Made by a program: the position numbers and the translations under genes. This document shows, in pieces, positions 24,800-37,089 of a DNA stretch of 64,000 nt (position 1 is the stretch's first letter; every line of letters begins with the position of its first letter). The DNA is from Eledone cirrhosa. Taxonomy: Eukaryota. The DNA is taken from the NCBI GenBank assembly GCA_964016885.1, contig OZ024743.1, positions 238,514,001 through 238,578,000 of the forward strand, given 5' to 3'. Under the pieces are notes generated by a model. That model was not told the origin of the DNA and ran no database searches. It worked only from the letters and a program-made list of their open reading frames with translations.

Positions 24800-26630
24800 A
24801 CCACTTACCTTACTTCTCGTAGAGGAAGGATGGTTTCTCCATCCTTTTCACTGCTTGTGGCCTCCTCCGGAAGGATGTCCTTATAAATCTTCCTGGAGAG
24901 TGCTTGTCAGAAGTCTCCAATGTCTTTGGGGAATTTTTGTTTTAGTGTCGTGTACGTTTTCTGTGTGATGCGAGTGATTTGTATGTCTGGAGGTGATATG
25001 AACTTTTGGGGTGTTGTGTAGATTTTTTCTGTGATGCTGGTGTTGTGTTGGATGTAGTGTAATAGTTGGTTGCTGTTCAAATTTAATGCTGCGTAGTGTG
25101 TATCGTTTTGGTTGTTTTGTTTGCGTTTGTTGTGGGTTTGTTTCTGTTTCGCTTTTTGGTGAATTTTGTGGTGTTGGTGATGGTGGTGTTGGGGTTAATG
25201 ATGGTGATGGTGTTGGTGTTTGTGGTGATGGGGTTGGTGATGCTGGTGTGGATGGTGGCATAGCTGTCCTAACTTTTTTGTTTGATAGTTTATTTGTTTC
25301 CTTCTGTATTTTGTTTTTGGAGGGGGAAGGAAGAGGATTTTTTCTTTTTGGGGTTCTTTTTCTTTTTTTCTTTTTTCCTGATACCGTTTCCCACTCCTCG
25401 TCGTCACAATCTGTCTCCAGTTGCGATAGGTCGGGGAGTGGAAAATCCTCCACAGGCGTTGGTTTTCGTTGTGGCGTGGTGGATGGTGTAGGCGCTGGTG
25501 CTAGTTCTGGCGCGTTGGTTGGTGGTGGTGTTGGTTTTGCTACTGTTGCTGGGGTTGTTAATGCTACAGTTGTTTCTGTTATTGCTGCTACATATGTTGC
25601 TGCCATTTCTGCTGCTGGTGTTGTTGATGGTTGAGTCACTGGGGTGGCCTCAACTTTTTAGCCTGAGGGCAGAAAGCCCTTAGGTGGGTTACTTCACCAC
25701 AAACGACACAGCAAGGCCTTCTACCCTCGACGATTACGGTGAGGTGGCTGCCGTCAGTGAGGTCTATTACCTCTGGAATCTGCTCAATGCGTTTTTAGTC
25801 CGCTTGGATCAGGAGCTCCATCCCAGATCCGGACCAGTTCTCCTGCTTTTCCTTTGCTATTTCTATTATTTTGGTGTTGGCCTCGATACCGGCGAGGACG
25901 GCAGCCATTAGCCAGGGAATTTCGATGGCCGGTGGAACGTGGGTCACCCTGATCTTTACGAGTCTCTGGCCACAATAGCTTGGGGCGAGTGTGAAGTCAT
26001 CGCTTCTTAAAGGGGCCATGGAGTGCTTTCTGGCCTCCTTTGGTGTTCCAAAGAACACGTCTACGGTTCCATATTTCTCCCCACGTCTGATGTGGGGTTT
26101 TTTGCCTAAACATGTCCCAAAGCTTTTTGGATTTTGGACTCGGATACTCGTTCCACTCGCGAGATTTTATGTTAATCGTCTGATAAGACACGGTGCATAG
26201 GCGCCGATGCTCCATTTTATTTGGTGGTGGTGGTGGTGGTGGTGTGTGTGTGTGTTGGGGGGGGGGTGACCCTGTACCCTTCTTTCTTTACCATTCTCTT
26301 GGTTTCATCTAGTTGCTCCTGAGTTACCTGGATTTTTTTCGCATTTTTGGCTGCATTGGCAAACGATACGATGTTGTTATTCTCATTGTTATTGTTGCTG
26401 TTGTTGTTATTGTTACTTTTGTTATTGTTATTTTTAGTTTCAGTTGTGGTGGTGGTGGCGTCAGTGGTGTTCTCTGTGGAAGAGTCCATTCTGGGTGAAT
26501 CCATTTCGATGTCACGAGATAATTTATTTTTTTCTTTTGTTTCTGTTGTCGCTGTGGTGGTGGTGGGGGTGGCAGCTTCAACACCTGCAGTCATTGGTAA
26601 TGGCGGGAAATGAATGTCTGCATGAGACAA
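24800..26630 (-). pseudogene. ORF1 (gag-like, CCHC knuckle), disrupted
   Basis: SFANAAK motif; CVVCGEVTHLRAFC knuckle at ~25670-25712; Pro/Thr-rich and basic C-terminal part. Confidence 0.8.
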
Positions 26631-26987
26631 ATTTAAATTATTGCTACTGCTTATATTTTTAGTGTTGGCAAACGTAGTAATATTTACAATGGTGGTGTTG
26701 GTGTGAGGATTTAGTTTGTGAGGAAGGCTCTCAGCTGCTTGGTGTAGCTGTGAGCCGTCGATGATTTTTTCAAAGAAATTTTTTGTTTGATAATTATAAA
26801 AGTTTAAATTTTGGGCTCAAGGCCCCAATCTTTTTGAGTGTCCTTTTCCGAAAGCAAGTTTTGTGAGTTTATAAACAGTTAACAACAAATATTTTCCATA
26901 AATGGCAATTTTAAACAAACGAAAACAACAAACCTTTGCGGAGCTCACGATGATACGATTTCCTACGTAGGTCGCCAATAATAATAA

Positions 26988-27337
26988 TAATAATTGTTTC
27001 TACTTTTGGCACAAGGCCAGCAAATACCCAGTACATTACTGGTACTTTATTGTATCGACCCGTAAGGATGAAAGGTAAAGTTAACCCAGGCGGGATTTGA
27101 ACTCAGACCGTAAAGGGACGTAACTATGCTGGAAAGCATAGTAATAATTGTTTCTACTTTTGGCACAAGGTCAGCAATTATCCAGTGCATTATTGGTACT
27201 TTATTTTATCGACCCCGTAAGGATGAAAGGCAAAGTTAACCTCGGCGGGATTTGAACTCAGAATAGCAAGGGCCGTAACTCTATGCGTCAAAGCATGGCG
27301 TCCGCCCCTCTACAGATACTGCCAATTCACCGCCCTT
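26988..27337 (-). mobile_element. Two tandem SINEs (26988-27140, 27142-27337)
   Basis: Antisense core and tail; the second copy is full length. Confidence 0.9.
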
Positions 27338-27338
27338 C

Positions 27339-27392
<54 letters not shown>

Positions 27393-27790
27393 ACAGTAGA
27401 CCTGACCTGGTGGTTTTGGACAAGGAAAAAAGATCGTGCCTGATTGTGGTGTGGCCTGCCCATTCGACACGAGAGTGCAAGAGAAGGGGAGGGAGAACAG
27501 TAACCGATACCAGGACTTAAAGTGGGAGGTAAAAAGGATTTGGAACTGCCATGAAGTCAAAGTGGTCCCGATTGTCATAGGCGCACTGGGTACTATCTCA
27601 AAAAGTTTCCAGGGATGGTTAAAGAAAATTGGCCCCGCCACGCTTTTTGGAACGCTTCAAAAGGCATGCTTGCTGGGAACAGCAAGAACCCTCCGATACA
27701 TCCTGAATATCTGAGGTTGCAGGTAGCGGGTTGATATTCATTTCAACAAACTTTCCAGTTAACTAACATCAATGACTGAGACTCAAAGAA
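27393..27790 (+). mobile_element. R4/Dong-like family A, 3' fragment
   Basis: RPDLVV...VACPFD...LGTARTLRYILNI; (TAA)n on both sides. Confidence 0.9.
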
Positions 27791-27791
27791 C

Positions 27792-27840
<49 letters not shown>

Positions 27841-28360
27841 GTATGTAAAAAACAACCAGAGACCATTGACCATATAATTTCAATGTGCAGTCCTATAGCT
27901 CCAACCGAATACCTAAACAGGCATGACAGAGCTGCACAATACATACATTGGATAATGTGTAAGCATTTTGATCTGCCCCATCAAAAGAATTGGTGGGAGC
28001 ATCAACCACCTCCCATACTTGAAAAAGATCACATCTCAATCTTGTGGAAATTGAGAACTAAAACAATACCAGTGGTTGTAGGCGCTCTAGGAATGATACC
28101 TAAGGGGTCTAATGATTACTTATCGCAAATCCTAGGAAACCCGCGTATAGGAGAAATACAAAAGATAGTGCTAATGGTAACTGCCCATATACCAAGGAAG
28201 ATTCTGTCAATATAAGTACATCACAAGTCTAAACACCTAAAGATGCATGTGTGTGTATGTATGTTCTTTCTTGAACATGGCGGACCTTGTTGTCTCTTGA
28301 GGTCACTGGTTGTGACTTGGTGATAACTCGTATGAACATAAAGCAAGATAAATGCAACTG
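27841..28360 (+). mobile_element. R4/Dong-like family B, 3' fragment with internal deletion
   Basis: CKKQPETIDHIISMC...RHD; lacks the PD..D segment present in 20134-20649. Confidence 0.9.
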
Positions 28361-28430
28361 TAATAATAATAATAATAATAATAATAATAGTAATGGTAAT
28401 AGTATTGGTAATAATAATAGTAATAATAAT

Positions 28431-30597
28431 AAGGTGCTATGGGATTTTAGGATACAGACAACCATGTTCAATGACTGCTTGATGTCAGGTGAGGTACCAG
28501 AATGGTTGACAAAACCTACCACAGTTCTGATAATGAAAGACCGAATCAAGGTTAATGATGTTACCAACTATAGACCTATCACATGTCTGTCCGTAATGTG
28601 GAAACTGTTGACAAGCATTATGTCTGAGGAAATCTACCATCACATCCACACAAACAACTTGTTACCGGACGAACAGAAAGGATGCCGAAAGAAGTCACGT
28701 GGTACAAAGGACCAGTTACTTATTGATAAGATGGTAATGAGGAATTGCAAGAGGAGACACACTGGTCTTGCCATGGGATGGATAGACTAAAAAAAGGCAT
28801 TTGACATGGTGCCTCATTCTTGGATCACCAAAAGCCTGGAGATCTTCAAGGTGACAGATAACATCAGACAGTTGTTGGGCAAAAGTATGAAGTCCTGGGA
28901 AACAGAGTTAACATCAACTGGAGAATCCTTGGGAAGCGTGAAGATCAAGAGAGGTATCTTCCAGAGAGATAGTCTGTCCCCTCTGTTGTTTGTCCTTGCC
29001 CTGATACCCCTGACTAGTGTACTGCGAAAAGTGAGAGCAGGATACAGGTTGTGAAAAGGAGGGCTTACCATCAATCACCTCCTCTTCATGGACGATCTTA
29101 AGCTCTTCGGGAAGAGTGAGAAGGAGTTGGATATGCTTGTTGACACTGTCCGTATTTTCAGCAATGATATATGTATGCAATTTGGTATTAGTAAGTGTGG
29201 AGTCCTTGTGATGAAGAGGGGTAAATTGAGCAGAAGTAACGGAATCCAGGTACCAACAGGTGAGATGTTAAAGGAAGTTGACTCTGAAGAAAAATACAAG
29301 TATTTGGGTGTTCTGGAGGCTGATGACATCAAGAACAAAAAAATGAAGTAATTGATAAGAACTGAATACATTCGGAGAGTAAGGAGCGTATTAAAGTCAC
29401 ATCTGAACAGTAGGAATGCCATAAGTGCAGTAAATTCCCGAGCTGTGTCTATTATTAGGTACAGTGCGGGAATCCTGAGATGGAATGTTGCTGAACAAAA
29501 AGAAATGGATAGGAAGACTAGGAAGCTATTGACTATCTACAACATGTTCCACAAGAGGAGTGATGTCGATAGACTCTACTTAAGGAGATCTGAAGGTGGA
29601 AGAGGTCTTATCAACATAGAAGACTGTGTTCAGATGGAGAAAACCAACGTACACAAATACGTGACTGATAGTAAGGAGCCAATGCTCAGAACTGTACTGA
29701 AGGAGGGGACAATAGACCAGGGGATGTCCAAGGAGGAAATAACATCAAGGAGAAAGAGCAGCCTTCAGGAAAAATCCCTTCATAGTACCTTCGTTGAGAG
29801 AACTGAATTTAGAGATCCACAGACATGGAACTGGTTGAAAAGAGGAGACCTTAAAAAGGCTACAGAAGGAATGTTAATGGCTGCGCAGGAGCAGGCCCTC
29901 AAAACGAAGTGGTTGAAACACCACATTTACAAGGAGGAGGCTAGCCCACTGTGCAGGATCTGTGGAGAGAGGAGACTGTGGCTCACATTGTATCCGAGTG
30001 TAAACACCTAGCCCAGACTCACTATAAGGGCTGGAGACATGATGTGATGGGCAGGGTGATCCACTGGCACCTATGCAAAGTAAACAATTTACCACATTCT
30101 GAGAAGTGATATGAGCATAAGCCAGAGGCGGTGATAGAAAACGATCAGGTGAAGGTGCTGTGGCATTTTAGGATACAGACGGACAAGAAACTGGAACACA
30201 ATAGACCTGACCTGGTGGTTTTGGACAAAGAAAAAAGATCGTGCCTGATTGTGGATGTGGCCTGCCCATTCGACACGAGAGTGCAAGAGAAGGAGATGGA
30301 GAAAATTAACCGATACCAGGACTTAAAGTGGGAGGTAAAAAGGATTTGGAACTGCCATGAAGTCAAAGTGATCCCGATTGTCATAGGCGCACTAGGGACT
30401 ATCTCAAAAAGTTTCCAGGGATGGTTAAAGAAAATTGGCCCCTTCACGCTTTTTGGAACGCTTCAAAAGGCATGCTTGCTGGGAACAGCAAGAACCCTCC
30501 GATACGTCCTGAATATCTGAGGCTGCAGGTAGTGGCTTGATATTCATTTCAACAAACTTTCCAGTTAACTAACAACAATGACTGAGACTCAAAGAGT
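28431..30597 (+). mobile_element. R4/Dong-like family A, 5'-truncated and disrupted
   Basis: High identity to 31278-33415, with stops at ~28790, 29054, 29351 and 30109. The first ~30 bp derive from the RLE region. Confidence 0.93.
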
Positions 30598-30621
30598 AAT
30601 AACAATGATAGTAATAATAAT

Positions 30622-31066
30622 AAGGTGCTATGGGATTTTAGGATACAGACGGACAAGAAATTAGAACAAATTAGGCCAGACCTGGTGGTTTTGGACAATG
30701 AAAAAAAGATCTTGCCTGATTGTAGATATAGCCTACCCATTTGACACGAGAGTGCAAGAAAAGAAGATGGAAAAAATTAACTGATACCAGGACTTAAAGT
30801 GGGAGTTAAAAAAGATTTGGAACTGCCATGAAATCAAGGTCGTCCCGATTGTCATAGGCGCACAAGGTACTAACTCAAAGAGTTTCCAAGGATGGTTAAA
30901 GAAGATTAGTCCAGCTCCGCTTTTTGGAACCCTTCAAAAGGAATGCTTGCTGGGAACAGCAAGCACCTTCCGATACGTCCTGAATATCTGAGGCTGCAGG
31001 TAGCGGCGTGATATTCATTTCAACAAACTTTCCAGTTAAATAATATCAATGACTGAGACTCAAAGA
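30622..31066 (+). mobile_element. R4/Dong-like family A, diverged 3' fragment
   Basis: KVLWDFRIQTD... through to the 3' UTR gactgagactcaaagaa and (TAA)n. Confidence 0.9.
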
Positions 31067-31078
31067 ATAATAATAATA

Positions 31079-31168
31079 ATAATTGTTTCTACTTTAGGCA
31101 CAAGGCCAGCAATCACCCAGTGCATTACTGGTACTTTATTTTATCGAACCCGTAAGGATGAAAGGCAA
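31079..31168 (-). mobile_element. SINE 3' fragment within (TAA)n
   Basis: Antisense tail and core. Confidence 0.85.
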
Positions 31169-31197
31169 ATAATAATAACAATAATAATAATAATAAT

Positions 31198-33340
31198 CAA
31201 CTGGAAATCACCAGGCCCAGATGGTGTGCAGGGGTATTGGATTAAACATTTAACATCCCTCCACCCGAAGCTGACGGCCATGTTCAATGACTGCTTGGTG
31301 TCGGGTGAGGTGCCAGAGTGGTTGACAAAAGGTACCACAGTTCTGATAATGAAAGACCGAATCAAGGGTAATGATGTTACCAACTATAGACCTATCACAT
31401 GTCTGTCCGTAATGTGGAAACTGTTGACAAGCATTATGTCTGAGGAAATCTACCATCACATCCACACAAACAACTTGTTACCGGACGAACAGAAAGGATG
31501 CCGAAAGAAGTCACGTGGTACAAAGGACCAGTTACTTATTGATAAGATGGTAATGGGGAATTGCAGGAGGAGACACACTGATCTTGCCATGGGATGGATA
31601 GACTACAGAAAGGCATTTGACATGGTGCCTCATTCCTGGATCACCAAAAGCCTGGAGATCTTCAGGGTGGCAGATAACATCAGACAGTTGCTAGGCAGGA
31701 GTATGGGGTCCTGGGAGACAGAGTTGACATCAACTGGAGTATCCTTGTGGGGCGTGAGGATCAAGAGAGGTATCTTCCAGGGAGATAGCCTGTCCCCTCT
31801 GTTGTTTGTCCTTGCCCTGATGCCCTTGACCATTATGCTGCGAAAAGTGAGAGCAGGATACAAGTTGGGAAGGGGAGAGCTTACCATCAATCACCTCCTC
31901 TTCATGGACGATCTTAAGCTCTTCGGGAAAAGTGAGAAGGAGTTGGATGTGCTTGTTGACACTGTCCGTATTTTCAGCAGTGATATATGTATGCAGTTTG
32001 GTATTGGTAAATGTGGAGTCATTGTGATGAAGAGGGGTAGGTTGAGCAGAAGTAACGGGATCCAGATACCAACAGGTGAGATGATAAAGGAAATTGACTC
32101 TGAGGAAGGATACAAGTATTTGGGCGTTCTGGAGGCTGATTGCATAAAGAACAAAAGAATGAAGGAATTGTTAAGAACTGAATACATTCGGAGAGTAAGG
32201 AGCGTATTGAAGTCACATCTGAACAGCAGAAATGCCATAAGCGCAGTAAATTCCCGAGCTGTGTCTATTATTAGGTACAGTGCGGGAATTCTGAGATGGA
32301 ATGTTGCTGAACAAAAAGAAATGGATAGGAAGACTAGGAAGCTATTGACTATCTACAACATGTTCCACAAGAGGAGTGATGTCGATAGACTCTACCTAAG
32401 GAGATCTGAGGGTGGAAGAGGTCTTATCAGCATAGAGGACTGTGTTCAGATGGAGAAAAACAACCTATACAAATACGTGACCTATAGTAAGGAGCCAATG
32501 CTCAGAACTGTACTGAAGGAGGGGACAGTAGGCCAGGGGATGTCCAAGGAGGAAATAACATCAAGGAGGAAGAGCAGCCTTAAGGGAAAATCCCTTCATA
32601 GTACCTTCTTTGAGAAAACTGAATTTAGAGATCCACAGACATGGAACTGGTTGAGAAGAGGAGACCTCAAAAAGGCTACAGAAGGAATGCTAATGGCTGC
32701 GCAGGAGCAGGCCCTCAAAACGAAGTGGTTGAAGCACCATATCTACAAGGAGGAGGCTAGCCCACTGTGCAGGATCTGTGGAGAGAGAGAGGAGACTGTG
32801 GCTCACATTGTGTCCGAGTGTAAACACCTAGCCCAGACCCACTATAAGGGCTGGAGACACGATGTGATGGGCAGGGTGATCCACTGGCACCTGTGCAAAG
32901 TAAACAATTTACCACATTCTGAGAAATGGTATGAGCATAGGCCAGAGGCGGTGATGGAGAACAATCAGGTGAAGGTGCTGTGGGATTTTAGGATACAGAC
33001 GGACAAAAAACTGGAACACAATAGACCTGACCTGGTGGTTGTGGACAAAGAAAAAAGATCTTGTCTGATTGTGGATGTGGCCTGCCCGTTCGACACGAGA
33101 GTGCAAGAGAAGGAGAGGGAGAAAATTAACCGATACCAGGACCTAAAGTGGGAGGTGAAAAGGATTTGGAACTGCCATGAAGTCAAAGTGATCCCGATTG
33201 TCATAGGCGCACTGGGGACTATCTCCAAAAGTTTCCAGGGATGGTTAAAGAAAATCGGCCCCTTCACGCTTTTTGGAACGCTTCAAAAGGCATGCTTGCT
33301 TGGAACAGCAAGAACCCTCCGATACGTCCTGAATATCTGA
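31198..33340 (+). CDS. Uninterrupted RT-CCHC-RLE reading frame of a 5'-truncated R4/Dong-like LINE (element extends to ~33415)
   Basis: WKSPGPDG, YRPITCL, IDYRKAFD, GIFQGDSLSP, LFMDD, YKYLG, CRIC...HIVSEC, RHD, RPD...DV. Residues upstream of 31198 in the listed ORF come from UTR, (ATA)n and SINE sequence. Confidence 0.93.
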
Positions 33341-33423
33341 GGCTGCAGGTAGTGGCTTGATATTCAATCCAACGGACTTTCCAGTTAACCAACATCAATG
33401 ACTGAGATTCAAGGAATAACAAC

Positions 33424-33458
<35 letters not shown>

Positions 33459-33783
33459 TTTCTTTATTGGCCACAAGGGCTGACATCAAGAAAAACATTA
33501 CAGACGGCACAGGACGGTACAGGACGGTACAGGACGGTACGATGTGGGTTTTGTGCGTGTAAAGATTTTTATTATTTATATCAGAAAAGAAAAAAAAAGG
33601 ACATAGAAACATATATATATATATATATATATATATAAACAATAAAAATGAAAATTGAAACAATGAAAAATTCCCCAATAGGGGGGACACCTCCTAGGGT
33701 TACTAGTGGCGAAAACCACACAAAAGACCACGGCCGCCCTGCCCAACAGGGTAAGCGCCCTCTCAATTTTTCCATCTCTCAAA

Positions 33784-36700
33784 CTACAGACGTATATTCA
33801 GAGTGGTCCCGTTCACTCGGACCATTCTCGCAACATTCACCCACCTTTCAACAAACTTGCTAGAAGGCAGCACTTGCCTCTCCACCCTGATTTTCCTCTT
33901 CAAGTGAAACTTGAAAAAGTTAATCAGGGATTCGCCGAAGAGGAAAGTCTCTGTCTTTAACCCCTTTGACCTTGTCCACCACACAATCTCTTTCGCCATG
34001 GCCACCAGGCAGATGAAAACCACCTGCCATTCCTCCTCGAAGGAAGACGGCGAGACCATCTGCACAATGGACTCAGTCGACAACCGGATCAGTCCCACAC
34101 GCGACAGCAACTGTTCGACATAGCTCCACAAGTCTGCAATGCTCGGGCACTGAACGAGTGCGTGCACGACGGTTTCGTCGCTCTGCGCGCATCTCGGACA
34201 GGCTCGGCTGACGGCACTTCCGTTCCTATAGAGCTTATCACGAACCGGCAGCGCTCCCCGGTAACACTGCCAGGCCAGGGATCTTTGGAAGTTATCCATA
34301 GGCCCCGGGCTGAAAGTTCTCCGGAAGAGAGCAAACAGCTGATCTTCTTCGACGCCCAGGATCTCTCCGAGAATGTCGTCGCTCTTCCCCTCCACTACTC
34401 CTCTATAGAACCCCGAGGTGGATGTTCCACCGATACGGGTGCCCAACTGACAGAGGGCAGTGAGCGCCTGGAGACATTCCAGTTTCCAAGCGCTATCCCT
34501 CGGTCTTTTTCTCACCCAGCACTGCAGCTCCGTCAAGGAGACGAGCTGTGGGAAAACGTACCTGGCGAACGGCGACCACACCTGTTCACCATCAAGGAAG
34601 CACCAGAGATGTCGCAGCCTCAGCGCATGTTTGCGCATCATCAGCCATGGCATGACCAGTCCTCCACGCAACGGGTGTTGACAGCAGATGGATCGTCTGA
34701 CCATGGGAGCGCGTCCCTTCCACAAAAAGCGGAAGAGGAGGCGCTCCATTTTGGTGAGAGTTGGGCTGGAGCAAGGGACGACGGTGAGGCGGTAGCAGAT
34801 GACGGATGCGATGTACGCATTCGCCACCTCCGCCCGGCCTTTCAGGGACAGCTTCCTCTCAGCCCATTTCTGGGTGAGGGAGGCCACCCTGCTCGTCACC
34901 TCGTTCTAGTTTTTCTCCATCTGGAGGTCCGGTCCAAACCAGACCTCGAGCAATTTAACCGGTCCGTCCGTCCAACGCCCCACGACGCTGTCGGACGGCA
35001 TGGACTTGCCTCTCCAGGTGCCGAGCTGCAAGCCCACCGACTTTTCATGGTTTATCTTTTCTCCTGTTACCGCTTCGTATTCCTTGAGAGCGGTGCCGAG
35101 CATCTGGACGTGTCTGGTGCTCAACACCACCAAAGTGACGTTGTCAGCGTAAGCCGACTCGGATTTCCCGCATCGTAGTTCGCGTGGGACGCCCCTCATC
35201 GCCCCCAGTTTGTGCAGTAACGGCTCGAGAGCCAATATGTACAAGAGGGACGAGAGGGGACAACCCTGGCGGACTGAACGCATGATGCTGAACGGCTGCG
35301 ACAGGTGACTGTTCAACCTCACAACTGAGCAAATGTCGCTGTACATTGCTGCGATCCAACCCCTGAAAACGGGCTCGAAACAGGCTGCCTCGAGGACCGC
35401 CGCCATCTACCGATGGTCGACCCTATCGAATGCTTTGGATTGATCCAAGTTGATTAGGGCCCCACCCTTGCCACGTTCTTTAACCACCCTCTCTATGATG
35501 TATCGCATGAGGTGGAGGTTGTCGTGTATGGATCTGTCCGGAATGGCGCATGTCTGCGCCTCTCCCACCAGACCCTTGATGATAAGCGCCAACCTCGTTG
35601 CTAACACCTTGGCCAAAATCTTGAACTCTGCGTTTAGCAGTGTTATAGGCCTGAAATTATCGATAACATCCCCCTTGTTCGGGTCTTTTCTCAGCAGCGC
35701 CACTGCTCCCCGGCTCACAAAACTGGGAATGCTCCCGTTCTGTTGCCAGTTGCAGTAGACGTCTGCCAAGAGGTCACCGAACAAGTCTGGCATAAATGCA
35801 TAAAGCTCGTAGGGCAGACCATCCAAACCTGGCGATTTACCCATTGTGCAGTTAGCCATCGCTTCCCGTATTTCACCGGCTGTTTTTGGCTTTTTGCAAC
35901 ACTGTGCTGCGGTCGTCGAGAGCCGAGGCAGTTCGTCAAGGTATGCACTGAAGTCCATGCCTCGATCCGGGCCGCCGCCGCTCCCGAACAGTTCAGCAAA
36001 GTGCTGCTGAAAAGCTTCACACATGCGATCGGGTTCGAGCATCACATACCCGTTTTGGTCAGACAAAGACCGAATTGTGGCTTTGTTGCCACGTCGCGCC
36101 TCTGCCACCCGAGCCCATTGGACGGCTTTTGTCCCCTCGTGTTTCAGAGCACGCGCTCTAGCTCTGACAACGCAGCCTTCGTGTTTTGGGTTGAAGAATT
36201 GGTCGAGTGCCAATCTCGCCGCAAGCATGTCGGTTGCGATGCCTGTCCTAAACGTCTCTTCTAGCTTTCTGACTAGCTCTCCCTCTTCTCTATTTTCCTC
36301 TATCACTACTCCTTTGCTAAACCTAATGGACTCTACTTTAATTGCCCTTTTCAGGGCGAACCACCACCTGTTGTTGACGATCGCTCCCGTCAACGCCCGC
36401 TTAACTAACACGCTAATCCGGTCTCTGTAGGCTTTGCGCGCCGGGAAAGGCCCTTGTCTATGAAGTCTCTCTATGTCGATCTCACAGATCACAAATTTGT
36501 GGTCTGTGTAGTCGACTATTTTAAATTGTGGACAGTCGATACCTGTCAGAGAATTCAAAACGTCTGAGCAGGTTGGTGAGGCTCTTGCACCTTCCCCCCT
36601 ATCCACTAGCCCCACACGATCCCAGCGTGCATCCAAGATACCGTTCCAGTCGCCCACTAACACTAAAGAGCGGGACGTTCCAAGAAAGGTCTCTAGACGT

Positions 36701-37071
36701 CTGAAGAAATCTGGCCGTCCTGCCCCTGTTGGGGCGTTGACGGCTGCTAGCCTGAAAGCATTGCCTTCGCTGCCGGTCACGTCCAGCACGGCCGACTTAC
36801 CTTCTGGGTCTAGGAAGATGGCCCGTATCGCGAGATCCAAGCCTCTCCGAAAAAGGACGGTGACCCCTCCCCCCGATCCTGGACGGCTGGGAGATGCGTA
36901 TACTTCGTAGCCGCCGTAGATCGGTGCGAGGGCTTGTGCTTCGGGCATTCTGGTTTCACTGATGGCCACCACATCTATGTTTAGTGACCTGAGGTCGTTG
37001 AGTAGGTGACCCTGCTTCCAAGATGACCCCAGGCCACGTGCATTTATAATGCCTATTCTGAGCACGGCCAT
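33784..37071 (-). pseudogene. ORF2 (APE-RT-CCHC) with two in-frame stops and endonuclease deletions
   Basis: INARGL, GDWN, TDH, KSPGLDG, LDQSKAFD, VRQGCPLS, AYADN, CPRC...HALVQC. Confidence 0.93.
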
Positions 37072-37089
37072 GTTGGATGAGAAACGGGG

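Larger units (their letters stand above)
21151..26976 (-). mobile_element. Near full-length Tx1/L1-clade LINE, copy 1
   Basis: ORF1 plus APE-RT-CCHC ORF2; 5' end GG immediately after (ATT)n. Confidence 0.92.

Noticed and set aside
34162-35178. 338-aa plus-strand ORF
   Set aside because: Antisense shadow of the GC-rich Tx1 ORF2, with no recognisable motif.
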